DNA from: an uncultured Elusimicrobia bacterium
Lineage (GTDB): Bacteria; Elusimicrobiota; Elusimicrobia; 2-01-FULL-59-12
Direction of reading: 5' to 3'
Assembly: GCA_963702895.1 (NCBI GenBank)
Contig: OY969767.1
Coordinates: forward strand, 1,248,001-1,312,000
DNA: 64,000 nucleotides
The position numbers were made by a program, and so were the translations under genes. Positions 42,710 through 52,180 of the stretch are shown here, piece after piece. A model generated the notes under the pieces. That model searched no databases and was not told the DNA's origin. It saw nothing but the letters and a program-made list of their open reading frames with translations. Each line of letters opens with the position of its first letter. Within the stretch, counting starts at the first letter, position 1.

Positions 42710-43978
42710 TGGTGTCCGGTAAAAGTTAGCCGAAGCTTAGCCATAGCTGAGGCTCCATAGTTCGAACTTTTGAAAGATTCTTTTCGGGCATACGCAATAG
42801 ATCGATGAGACTGAGCCGGTCGAGAAGGGTATTCTGAACCAACCGGTGCAGCAAGAACAGCGAACGCTGGAATCGTGTCTGGAACTTGATGTAGGCCAGG
42901 AGCAGGAAATAGCACAAGGCCACCCAGATTTGGGTAAAGACGGCATTTTTGGAAGTGCCGAGGAACGTTTTGATTTTGAGATGCTGCTTGAGCCACTTGA
43001 AGAACAGCTCGATCTGCCAACGGGCCTTATAGATTTGGGCAATGGTGAAAGCGGCCAGTTTGAAGTTATTGGTCATAAACTGGTAAGTGATGGCGGTGTC
43101 GGCATCGTAGTAGCCGATGAGTCGTAAAGGTTTCTTGTATTTCGTCTTGGTGCGTGGGCCTGTAAGCTCAATGGTGCGATCGTACAACAGGCCGTTTTTT
43201 AAGGGAATTTCTTGCTGTCCGGTGATGCGGCAGGTGAGGTTGTCTTTGGCACGGGTGACGAAGAAAGAGCCGAGATCGTCGATCTGACGGTACCAGCCGT
43301 AATCCATGTAGCCGCGGTCGAAGACATAGATGCTGTCCGGTTCTAAGGGAAAAAGACGTTTGGCGGCATGGTCGAAGCACTTTCCATCGGTGATGACGGC
43401 AAAGGAAGGGATTTGGCCACGCAAGTCCAGTTGGCAATGCAGTTTGATCGCTCCTTTGGCCTGTTTAAAGGTGGCCCAAGGGAAAAGGTTCAGGCACAGT
43501 TCCATGTTCGTGGAATCGAAGCAGGTCACTTTGTGTTTAAAACGGAACTGATGCTTAGGCGCGATGGCTTGGCACCGATCCAGCAGGTGATAGAAGAGCT
43601 TTTCCATGATGCGCCAGTCGCGCCCAGCGTTAGCGTCAGCCAGGGTAGAACGTTTCACTGGCGGCAGCCCCAAGTGATAGAGCTTGGGTTGTTGCGTGCC
43701 TAAAGCCGTCTGGATGTCACGCAGGCTTGTTTTACCGCTGGCCTGAGCACAGAGGAGTGTCGTGAGCTGGTTCCAAGTCGAGAATTTTTTAACGTAGGCG
43801 TCGCCGCCGAAGCCAGAAACGGCTTGGTCGAACTGATGTCGTGGTAAAAGGAGAAGCAGTTGGTTCATTATGGTGTTAGAATGCATGAGCGAAATCCTCC
43901 CTCGGACAGAATGGTTTGCTTGGTCGCAATCATTCTACCGAACCAGGGGGATTTCGCATTTTTAACCGGACACGAGTG
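42707..43978 (-). mobile_element. IS4-family insertion sequence, 1272 bp
   Basis: TIRs CACTGGTGTCCGGTAAAA and CACTCGTGTCCGGTTAAA. CTTTTCTAC duplicated at 42698-42706 and 43979-43987. Contains a single transposase ORF. Confidence 0.95.
42726..43886 (-). CDS. IS4-family DDE transposase
   Basis: DST, FDRGY and YKARWQIELFFKWLKQ (YREK) motifs; N-terminal SLRDI...RSTLADAN. Confidence 0.96.
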   Translation of the reverse strand: MHSNTIMNQLLLLLPRHQFDQAVSGFGGDAYVKKFSTWNQLTTLLCAQASGKTSLRDIQTALGTQQPKLYHLGLPPVKRSTLADANAGRDWRIMEKLFYHLLDRCQAIAPKHQFRFKHKVTCFDSTNMELCLNLFPWATFKQAKGAIKLHCQLDLRGQIPSFAVITDGKCFDHAAKRLFPLEPDSIYVFDRGYMDYGWYRQIDDLGSFFVTRAKDNLTCRITGQQEIPLKNGLLYDRTIELTGPRTKTKYKKPLRLIGYYDADTAITYQFMTNNFKLAAFTIAQIYKARWQIELFFKWLKQHLKIKTFLGTSKNAVFTQIWVALCYFLLLAYIKFQTRFQRSLFLLHRLVQNTLLDRLSLIDLLRMPEKNLSKVRTMEPQLWLSFG

Positions 43979-44020
43979 CTTTTCTACCATAAAAGAAATA
44001 GACCAAAGATTAAACCGAAG

Positions 44021-45238
44021 TTAAACCTTTGGTCTGCTCCTTGGCGAGGCCTTATAAGCGCGAGAATACAATAATAAGCCTATCCAAATCCAGGCGATCC
44101 ATGACCATGCCAGAAGAGGGGTCAGGGAGCGCCACGCAAACACAAAGGCAACCAGAGGAGCCATGAGATGCTCCCATGGAGCGCTCGGGACCCAGCGAGC
44201 CCGTTCCAGCACGCGCACCGCTTGAAAACGGTCTCTCTTGAGCTTCTGGATGACGGCGTTTTCCAGCGAATCCCTGGTCATGTTCCTCCAGCCAGGGAGC
44301 ATCAAGGCATTCCATGCCGCCGTGGCAAACCCATAGCCATGACTATCTGAAATACCTGTAATTAAGAGATTATTGAGAGAACATAGATTTAGAATCTCGT
44401 GTCGCATGTGGCTTGGAAAATCAAGAGCCTCCGGGGCGCTATTGACCACCTCGAAACCGTCAATACCCCAATCCATTAAGTTCTGTACCCCTTTCCCCCA
44501 ATGGTGTTGCCAATATTCAGGCAAAGAGGCCATCACAAGTAATCCCTTCTTGTGCATGTCTTTGATAAAGATGGGGATCTTCGAGGGATCTGAGTCATAA
44601 GGCCTGTTGTCGATCCAATCTCGCGTGCCAAGAACAACCAGATGGGTCTTCTCTAGACTTACCTCCTCACCAACCAAAGAGAAATAGCCCAGCTCAGGAC
44701 CATTCTGACGCGTCAGATCCCTGCCCTCCAGGGCGTTTTGGATCCTGTTGTGGTCCGTAATAAAGGCAGCACCGTAGCCTTGTTCCTTGTGCCAGCGCAT
44801 GTTCGCGAGGGTTCCAAAGGAAGGCCGTCCGTCATGTGAGGCGCTGGTGTGAGAATGAAAGTCGATGATCAGGATGTCGGGGTTCGATGCGACGAGTCGC
44901 GCCATCGGCCTTGGCCCCAGGACTCCCCAGGCAAGAAAGACCACCAGGATAGCGCTTGAGACAACCCCTGTTTTCGCGCCGCCAAGCCAAAAGCAGAGGC
45001 CGATCCCAAGCGTTATAAGTGCCAAGAATACGAAACTCGAGCGCAGTCCAAGGAGGGTGAGCGCGTCGGCCAGGCCGCAAAAGGGGGCCAGAAGAATGTA
45101 GCCCACGCCATAATCCATCCGAAACCCTTCGGCCCAGGCGCCTGCAGCGATGTCCCACACTGGCGACGGCAGCGGGAAAGCCTGCGAGACAAGAACCAGG
45201 CCGGACAGAAAAACGGCCAGACGCACTCGTGGTGTCAT
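44021..45238 (-). CDS. Membrane-anchored PHP-domain metal-dependent phosphoesterase
   Basis: N-terminal TMs; DFHSHT..SHDG, ITDHN and SDSH motifs. Confidence 0.82.
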   Translation of the reverse strand: MTPRVRLAVFLSGLVLVSQAFPLPSPVWDIAAGAWAEGFRMDYGVGYILLAPFCGLADALTLLGLRSSFVFLALITLGIGLCFWLGGAKTGVVSSAILVVFLAWGVLGPRPMARLVASNPDILIIDFHSHTSASHDGRPSFGTLANMRWHKEQGYGAAFITDHNRIQNALEGRDLTRQNGPELGYFSLVGEEVSLEKTHLVVLGTRDWIDNRPYDSDPSKIPIFIKDMHKKGLLVMASLPEYWQHHWGKGVQNLMDWGIDGFEVVNSAPEALDFPSHMRHEILNLCSLNNLLITGISDSHGYGFATAAWNALMLPGWRNMTRDSLENAVIQKLKRDRFQAVRVLERARWVPSAPWEHLMAPLVAFVFAWRSLTPLLAWSWIAWIWIGLLLYSRAYKASPRSRPKV

Positions 45239-45858
45239 GACAGTATCTTTTTGGCGCGCCATTCCTTCCACATTTCAAAGATGATCGGCAGGACAGACAA
45301 AACGATGACGATGAGAATAATCTTGTGGACATGCTGGTCCACATTGGGAATGAGCCGTCCCAGGAAATAGCCTGTGAAGAGCATGGAAATAACCCAGGCA
45401 ACTCCGCCGACGACGTTATAAGTGAGGAAGACGGAATAGCGCATTTCAGCAATACCCGCAACCGTGGGTGCAAAGGTCCGGACAATCGGGACAAAGCGGG
45501 CCAACACAATGGTTTTAGCGCCGTATTTCTCGTAAAAGCGCTTGGTCCTGAGCAAATGGTTTTTATGAAAGAGAATCGAATCTTCCCGGGAGAAGATCTT
45601 TGGCCCTAATCTCCTTCCCACAGCGTAATTGAACGAATCGCCCAAGATCGCAGCCGCAATGAGCTCCGCCACCAGGACATAAATATTTAAATGCCCTGCT
45701 GCAGCAAGGAGTCCCGCGGTGACGAGCAGAGAGTCGCCAGGCAGGAAAAACCCGGCCATGATGCCAGTTTCGGCAAAAACAATGAGAATGAGCACCGCAT
45801 GCCCGCCCCAACGGATGAGCTCTTCAAGCCGATAGAGCTGATGGAAAAAGTCGCTCAC
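45235..45858 (-). CDS. DedA family membrane protein
   Basis: FAETG, FLPGDSLL and ARFVPIVRTFAP motifs. Confidence 0.95.
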   Translation of the reverse strand: MSDFFHQLYRLEELIRWGGHAVLILIVFAETGIMAGFFLPGDSLLVTAGLLAAAGHLNIYVLVAELIAAAILGDSFNYAVGRRLGPKIFSREDSILFHKNHLLRTKRFYEKYGAKTIVLARFVPIVRTFAPTVAGIAEMRYSVFLTYNVVGGVAWVISMLFTGYFLGRLIPNVDQHVHKIILIVIVLSVLPIIFEMWKEWRAKKILS

Positions 45859-46631
45859 TTCGTTTGGTGGATTTCTTCGGACAGGATGATGGCTTCAGCG
45901 ATTTCCTTCATCGATCTTCGTCGGTCCATCGCCTGGCGCTGGATCAAGCGAAAAGCCGCGTCTTCGGGGAGACTCTGCTTCCTCATAAGGATACCCTTCG
46001 CGCGCTCAATGATTTTGCGCGTTTCAAGAGCCTCCTCTGCCACCACCGCCTTCTCCAGGGCCCGCGTATGCTCGATGGCAACCGCGGCCTGGTTGGCCAC
46101 CATTTGCAGAAGATGGATTTCCTCATCCGAGAACGTATGGATCTCGGTGGTATAGCAATTGAGGACGCCAATGGGTTTCTCCTTGATCATCATGGGGATG
46201 ACCAAGAGCGACCGCAGATTAGCTTTTCGTGCGATATCGGGATAGGTGTACTGCGGATCTTGGGCCACATCCGGGACAATCATAGGGCGCTTTTCTAAGA
46301 CAGCTCTGCCAGAGACGCTCGCGCGTACCGGCACAGGTGGCTTTGTTTTGTACTCCTCGCTCACACTTTGCGTTGCCTCAATCTTGAGCGACGTCCCCTT
46401 CTCGTCCAGGAGCATCAGCGAACAGACTTTGGACCCCAGCATCTCGGCGGTCATGCTCACAATCAGCTGCAAGATCTCACGGATATAGATGCCCTGGGCG
46501 ATCGATTGGGACATCTTCGCGAGCGTCTCAATCTGTTGAGACTTTTTGCTTTTTTGTTGGTCGAGCTGCGACCGCAAAAGCTCGATTTCTCGTTCTTTTT
46601 CTTTCAGTTTTTCTTTAAGAGGCGTTGCCAT
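45855..46631 (-). CDS. GAF and ANTAR domain RNA-binding regulator
   Basis: Coiled-coil and GAF domain, then LETRKIIERAKGILM...AFRLIQRQAMDRR (ANTAR). Confidence 0.92.
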   Translation of the reverse strand: MATPLKEKLKEKEREIELLRSQLDQQKSKKSQQIETLAKMSQSIAQGIYIREILQLIVSMTAEMLGSKVCSLMLLDEKGTSLKIEATQSVSEEYKTKPPVPVRASVSGRAVLEKRPMIVPDVAQDPQYTYPDIARKANLRSLLVIPMMIKEKPIGVLNCYTTEIHTFSDEEIHLLQMVANQAAVAIEHTRALEKAVVAEEALETRKIIERAKGILMRKQSLPEDAAFRLIQRQAMDRRRSMKEIAEAIILSEEIHQTK

Positions 46632-46688
46632 AGTTTGAAGGCCTATATTTAAGCAATTTACGAGAGCTCTTTCCCGGCCAATCGTTAG

Positions 46689-46849
46689 CCGGGAATCTTC
46701 TGTTGACGTCACCCCGGAGATCCGTTATCCGGGGTCCATCATCGACGGCAAAGAATTGATGGATCCCCCCCTTACGACCGGGGGGGATGACGGTACAAAA
46801 AAGTGCCGCACTCTCAGTCGATAAAGAACGTTCAACAGAACTTTTCCGG
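46689..46849. mobile_element. 161-bp MITE with CCGG.AA..TTCTGTTGA termini, TTAG duplication and REP-type core
   Basis: TIRs match 15/18. TTAG at 46685-46688 and 46850-46853. CGTC...GACG core at 46707-46792. Confidence 0.8.
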
Positions 46850-47848
46850 TTAGCCCAGTCGACTCCGGGTTTGTGTGATCAGCTCGTCCCAGCGAGCCAG
46901 CGTTGCGATGCGGTTCACGTGGGACCTGAAGGACGTAGCGACAGGAAATCCTGCAACGTAGTAGGGGACGATCTTTCTCAAGCGCAAGAGACCGGTTCGT
47001 TCGCCAAAGAACTCAGCGGCCCAAGCCGCATGCTGCGCCAAGGTCTCCAGTTTCTCGCGGTGGGTCGGCGGCGGCAAGATTTCACCTGTACACAAGTAGT
47101 GCTGAATCCGCTGGAAGATACCAGGATCTCCAATGGCCGCTCTTCCGATCGACACTCCCGCACAGCCGGAAAGGCGAAGGAAGTTTTCAGCATCCTGTGG
47201 CGTGGAAACCCCGCCGTTTCCGATGACGGGAATTTTAACAGCCTCCACGGTTTGTTTGAGACCTTCCCAGTCCGCCCGGCCCGTGTGTTTTTGCGAAACG
47301 GGTCGTGCATGGACGATAACACCGGCCACACCGCAATCTTCCGCGAGCTTGGCAAGCGCGGGGGCAAGGTACTCATTTGCCCGGAGACCGATCCGGATCT
47401 TGACGGTGACCGGGATACGTACGGCCCTGACCACGGCCTGAAGAATGGCACCAAAACGTTTTTCGTCTTTGAGCAAGGCCGCACCGGACTTGGTCTTGAC
47501 GATTTTAGGGACTGGGCAGCCGGCGTTGATATCAATCGCATCTGCCCCGTAGTCCTGAATGATCTTGGAGGCCTCGGCCATCACGACAGGCTCCGACCCC
47601 ATGATCTGGCAGCTCAGAGGCCGCTCGTCAGGGAAGAACTTCAATAAGTGCAGGGTCTTCTGATTACCGTAACGGATCGCTTGAGCCGAGAGCATCTCGC
47701 CACACATAAGCGAAGACCCTCCCCGCGCACAGAGGCGGCGAAACGGTGCGTCCGTCACCCCCACCATCGGGGAGATCAGAATATTGTGCGCCAGACGCAG
47801 CGATCCGAGCGCGATGGGATGGGACAGGCTGGACAGCTCAACGGGCAT
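46850..47848 (-). CDS. dusB: tRNA-dihydrouridine synthase B
   Basis: PMVGVTD, NAGCP, VKIR, VHAR and NGGV motifs. Confidence 0.93.
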   Translation of the reverse strand: MPVELSSLSHPIALGSLRLAHNILISPMVGVTDAPFRRLCARGGSSLMCGEMLSAQAIRYGNQKTLHLLKFFPDERPLSCQIMGSEPVVMAEASKIIQDYGADAIDINAGCPVPKIVKTKSGAALLKDEKRFGAILQAVVRAVRIPVTVKIRIGLRANEYLAPALAKLAEDCGVAGVIVHARPVSQKHTGRADWEGLKQTVEAVKIPVIGNGGVSTPQDAENFLRLSGCAGVSIGRAAIGDPGIFQRIQHYLCTGEILPPPTHREKLETLAQHAAWAAEFFGERTGLLRLRKIVPYYVAGFPVATSFRSHVNRIATLARWDELITQTRSRLG

Positions 47849-48848
47849 GGGAGGGACTCCAGTTCTCGATGGCAAGGTTCGCGCTGATGAGAAGTTCTCT
47901 TCCCTTGGCATGCTTGGCCTTATAAAAGCCGGCGGCGGCGATCATGACAGCATTGTCCGTGCAAAACTTATGATCAGGCAGGTAAACACGCACATACTCT
48001 TGCCTCGCCGCTTGCTCGAAAAGCTCCCGCAGCCTGCGGTTGGCGGCAACGCCTCCTCCAACAACGATGGATTTCAAATGATGGTCCTTCGCTGCGGCGA
48101 TGGTTTTTCGGACCAGCACATCCACCACGGCTTCCTGGAAGGAGGCCGCGACATCCTTTCGACGAACACGTGAATAGGATGGCCCGAATCGTAAATAGTT
48201 CGCGACAGATGTTTTAATCCCGCTAAAGGAAAAGTCATGGGTACCAGGGATCCAGGACCTTGGGAATGCGATCGCGTCTGTTCGTCCATGCCGGGACGCC
48301 TTGTCGATCGATGGACCTCCTGGGAAGGGCAGGCCCAGAAGATTAGCGACTTTGTCAAAGGCCTCTCCTGCGGCGTCATCGCGAGTTGAACCTAATCGTT
48401 CGTAGCGGCCGTAGCCTCGGAAAATGACGAGCTCCGTATGACCACCGGACACGATGAGGCCGAGAAAGGGTGGTTGAAGCGCTGGGTGCTCCACGAGCCC
48501 CGCGAAAAGATGCCCTTCCAGATGGTTCACCCCAATCACAGGCACCCCCCACGTCCAGCCCAGAGTCTGAGCGGTCACGGAACCGACGAGGAGACAGCCG
48601 ATCAACCCCGGGCCTGTCGTCACCGCAATGGCGTCAATGTCGGAGCCGCCGCGCTCGCCGAGGACCTTCTCGAGCAGAGGATTGAGACGCTCCACATGGG
48701 CCCGGCTCGCAAGCTCTGGCACAACCCCCTTAAAAGGTTTGTGCACCTCCAACTGGGAGGCGACGGCGCTGCGGAGCACCTGGCGTCCATCCCGCACGAT
48801 CGCGACAGCCGTTTCGTCGCAGGAGGTCTCGATGCCAAGGATATTCAT
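47838..48848 (-). CDS. tsaD: tRNA N6-adenosine threonylcarbamoyltransferase
   Basis: GIETSCDET, HLEGH, SGGHT and DNAVMIA motifs. Confidence 0.97.
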   Translation of the reverse strand: MNILGIETSCDETAVAIVRDGRQVLRSAVASQLEVHKPFKGVVPELASRAHVERLNPLLEKVLGERGGSDIDAIAVTTGPGLIGCLLVGSVTAQTLGWTWGVPVIGVNHLEGHLFAGLVEHPALQPPFLGLIVSGGHTELVIFRGYGRYERLGSTRDDAAGEAFDKVANLLGLPFPGGPSIDKASRHGRTDAIAFPRSWIPGTHDFSFSGIKTSVANYLRFGPSYSRVRRKDVAASFQEAVVDVLVRKTIAAAKDHHLKSIVVGGGVAANRRLRELFEQAARQEYVRVYLPDHKFCTDNAVMIAAAGFYKAKHAKGRELLISANLAIENWSPSHAR

Positions 48849-49672
48849 CGTTGATAGAGGGTGGGAAGTGTGACAAACTCAATACCGAGCGCCTGGAACT
48901 CGGGGACCTTACGGGCCAGCGCTTCCACAAGGAATTTTCTGCGGTAATGCCCGATGGCGATCGTCTGCTTTCGTTTCAAAGCAAGCTTTTGAACAATCTC
49001 CAGCTGCTTTTCGATGGCTTCGATGGAGTCTTCGCCATCCAGAAACGTTTCATTACGCAAGCAGGGCACATCCAGGCGTTTGGCGACTCGCATGACCACC
49101 GAACGCGTCGAGGTGTAAGAGTCAAGGAAATAATAGTTTCGCTCTTTAACCCACCCCAGAAGCAGCGTCATTTTGGGCTCGCTCTCTGTAAAGGCTGAGC
49201 CCATATGATTGTTGATGCCGACCAGGTTCGGCACGCTTTGAACAGCCCGATCAAACTGATGCTTGAGCTCCTGATCTGTCATGTGAAGATAAAGGGCCGC
49301 TGGACCAGGATTATTTTGCACCACATCGAGAGGCTCCATCGGCAAATGCAGCATCACGGCAAATTGCAGCGCGGTCGCTTTTTCGGAGAGAGCGTTTGCC
49401 AGTTTATGGCGGGGCAATATCGCGAAAGTGAGGGGTATGCCCAGGGACGCGAAGCGGTCCATGATGTTCATATCGTAAGCGACGTCATCGATGACAACGG
49501 CCACGCGAGGACCTGGTTCGAGGATTGGCGCTTCCGGGGCGAGGGGCTTTGATTCTTCTGGGGGTCGATGAAAGAGGCTCGCGCGCCAGAACTTCTGATA
49601 CCCGAGCCAGGACAAAGCCATCACCAGAAGCGCAAGGGCCGCAACGACATACGCCTTCCTGCGGGGAGTCAC
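48845..49672 (-). CDS. Divergent polysaccharide deacetylase family protein
   Basis: VIDD, HLPMEP, NNHMGS and IAIGH motifs. Confidence 0.92.
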   Translation of the reverse strand: MTPRRKAYVVAALALLVMALSWLGYQKFWRASLFHRPPEESKPLAPEAPILEPGPRVAVVIDDVAYDMNIMDRFASLGIPLTFAILPRHKLANALSEKATALQFAVMLHLPMEPLDVVQNNPGPAALYLHMTDQELKHQFDRAVQSVPNLVGINNHMGSAFTESEPKMTLLLGWVKERNYYFLDSYTSTRSVVMRVAKRLDVPCLRNETFLDGEDSIEAIEKQLEIVQKLALKRKQTIAIGHYRRKFLVEALARKVPEFQALGIEFVTLPTLYQR

Positions 49673-49715
49673 GGACGGATGAGAAAACGAAGGAAAGCGA
49701 GAGGTCTCGCCTGCC

Positions 49716-50996
49716 TCATGAGTCTTTCATCTTGATGAAGATCTCGCGCGACTCGAGGAGCTCACGCGCACGTTCGAGAGCCTCGTCTTTCACGAGCGCA
49801 TCCTTGGCCTTGTCTTTGTCCTTGCCGTTTGCGGAGGCAGCAGGAGCTTTGGGCTTGCCGAAGATTTCTTCGTCCTGGGTCTGGAGTTTGATCTCGATTT
49901 CTCGAGGGACATCAATGACGATGTCAGGCGTAATACCGCCTTTGCCGGTCTTTTCGTCCCGATGGAAGGTGCGACCGGAGGGCGTGTAATACTTGGCCGT
50001 GGTCAGACGCAGACCACTCGTGTCGGCAAGGGGGATCACAGACTGGACGCTCCCCTTGCCAAACGTCTCTGAGCCCAGGATCACAGCCCGATGATAGTCT
50101 TGCAAGCAGCCGGCAAAGATCTCGCTGCCGGAGGCAGAGCCATGGTTCACCAGAATCACCATCGGGATCCCGGAATAGGGGGCCTGATTGTCTGCCTTGA
50201 ATTCCTGTCTGGGCTGTCGTCGACCCTCCGTGTAAACAATCAGCTTATTGCCTCCAATAAAGAGTCGGCTCACATCGACAGCCACATTCAAGAGCCCGCC
50301 GGGGTTATTGCGCAGATCGACGATGAGCGACTTCATACCCTTCTCTTTCAGGGACTTCAGCGCCGTATCAAAATCAACCGCCGATCGTTGTGTAAACTCC
50401 GACAGTCGCACGTAACCGATTTGAGAGGTCAGCATTTTTGATTTGATGCTCTCGATCTTGATCAGTTCACGCGTGAGCGTAAAGTCCTTCAGTTCCTTTT
50501 CCCCGTCATGACCGATGGTCAGGGTGATCTTGGAACCCGGCGTACCACGGAGCTTTTTGACGGCTTGCTCAATCGTAATGTCCTGGGTTGTCTCGCCATT
50601 AATTTTGATAATACGGTCACCCGGCAGAATGCCTTGGCGATAGGCCGGCGTGCCGGGCAGCGGTGTGATCACGGTCAGGATGGAATCACGGATCGCGATG
50701 CGAATACCTAAACCGCCAAATTCCCCTTCCGTTTCAGTCTTCATTTCCTTATGGGCGTCGGGCTCCAGGAATTGTGAGAAGGGATCCAGGTTCCGGACCA
50801 TCCCAGAGGCTGCGCCATAGACCAGCTTCTTGTTTTCGATCGGCTGGACATAGTTGTCCCGGATGAGATTCATCACTTCGACAAGCATTTTCATGTCTTC
50901 GTAAGTTTGATCAGCAGCGGCAAGCCTTTGCGGATTCTGGAGCATCAGAACGACGCCCCCTACAACACTCAAAACAATGCGTAAACGACGATTCAT
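49716..50996 (-). CDS. S41 family carboxy-terminal processing protease
   Basis: PDZ domain; DLRNNPGG, SASGSEI and GKGSVQ motifs. Confidence 0.95.
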   Translation of the reverse strand: MNRRLRIVLSVVGGVVLMLQNPQRLAAADQTYEDMKMLVEVMNLIRDNYVQPIENKKLVYGAASGMVRNLDPFSQFLEPDAHKEMKTETEGEFGGLGIRIAIRDSILTVITPLPGTPAYRQGILPGDRIIKINGETTQDITIEQAVKKLRGTPGSKITLTIGHDGEKELKDFTLTRELIKIESIKSKMLTSQIGYVRLSEFTQRSAVDFDTALKSLKEKGMKSLIVDLRNNPGGLLNVAVDVSRLFIGGNKLIVYTEGRRQPRQEFKADNQAPYSGIPMVILVNHGSASGSEIFAGCLQDYHRAVILGSETFGKGSVQSVIPLADTSGLRLTTAKYYTPSGRTFHRDEKTGKGGITPDIVIDVPREIEIKLQTQDEEIFGKPKAPAASANGKDKDKAKDALVKDEALERARELLESREIFIKMKDS

Positions 50997-52180
50997 CTGA
51001 ACGTCCTCCTTGAGCTTAATGAAGAAGCGGTAGGTGCTAAATATGCCAGTGGATTGATCGGTTGTTCGTGATGGCGCAACTCGAAGTAAAAGGAACCGTT
51101 GGAGCCTGTCAGGCCGATCGGGTCAAGAACAGTGAGCCGCTGTTCGACCTTCACTTGGGTCTGAGAGAGTCCTGCATAAACCGACGTAAGACCCTTGTTA
51201 TGCTGGACAATCACCATCTGGCCGTATTGACGGAAAGGACTCGCATAGATCACCTTCCCATCTTGGATGACGCGCACGGTACGATTTTGTCCCGTTTCGA
51301 TCTTGATTCCGTTGGACACCACCAGCTGCTTGAGGTCCTCCGAATACTGCCTGCCATAGTTTTGCACCACTTGTCCTTGCGCAGGCCAAGGAAGCGTCCC
51401 CTTCAGAGGGGCGATGAGTTTCTCCTGCATGGGGCTGTTGTCTTGGAGCGCGCGGGCCTGGTTGCGGTGATCGCGCAACTCCTGGACCATGACCTGAAGG
51501 GCCTTCGCGGACTGGTCCATCCGTCCAATTTCATCCTCAAGAGTGGTCTTTCGGCGCAGCGCTTCCTGCCATTTCTGCCAGTGGGCTTCTTGGGCCTCAT
51601 GGAGACGCTCCGCTTCCTGAGCATGTTTCTGTTCATTGGATTGCAGCTGCATCTCTTCGGTGCGGAGCGCGATTTCCTGCTCTTGTGATTGCTGGGCGAG
51701 TTTCTCGGCAGACTGCGACAGTGACGCGAGCCGCTCGAGAAGATACGCTGTGGAATAATCTTCGGCGGTCATTCGGCTTTGGCCGGCGGACAGAAGCTCC
51801 TGCGCGTAAAGGTCCCGCGCAAGCCTCTGGGATTCGGTTTGCGCCGTGCGTGAGACAAGGACGTTTTCCGTGGTCTTGGTTTGGGCAGCGTCCGCTTCGG
51901 TACGGACCATGACGCGTTGATGATGGACCGTTTTCATTCTTCCCCTCGTCAGCTCAAGGGTCGCGCTTGATCCTGCATAGGCGACTTTGGCCTCATCCGC
52001 CTTGTTCTTCCAGCGGACAACTTCGCGCTCTTTTTCTTGCAGGCGCTCGCGCAAAGAACCCAATTGTTTCTCCTGGGCCCGAATCTGCTTTTCGTAGCGT
52101 TGCAAGAGAGTCGTGTAGGCATCCGCATAAACGAGGGATGAGGCAAGGAGGACAAAACCGAGAGATCTCTTAAGGAGCAT
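50993..52180 (-). CDS. EnvC-like murein hydrolase activator (coiled coil plus degenerate M23)
   Basis: Signal peptide, long coiled coil, LPWP, and an M23-like domain lacking the metal ligands. Confidence 0.88.
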   Translation of the reverse strand: MLLKRSLGFVLLASSLVYADAYTTLLQRYEKQIRAQEKQLGSLRERLQEKEREVVRWKNKADEAKVAYAGSSATLELTRGRMKTVHHQRVMVRTEADAAQTKTTENVLVSRTAQTESQRLARDLYAQELLSAGQSRMTAEDYSTAYLLERLASLSQSAEKLAQQSQEQEIALRTEEMQLQSNEQKHAQEAERLHEAQEAHWQKWQEALRRKTTLEDEIGRMDQSAKALQVMVQELRDHRNQARALQDNSPMQEKLIAPLKGTLPWPAQGQVVQNYGRQYSEDLKQLVVSNGIKIETGQNRTVRVIQDGKVIYASPFRQYGQMVIVQHNKGLTSVYAGLSQTQVKVEQRLTVLDPIGLTGSNGSFYFELRHHEQPINPLAYLAPTASSLSSRRTFR

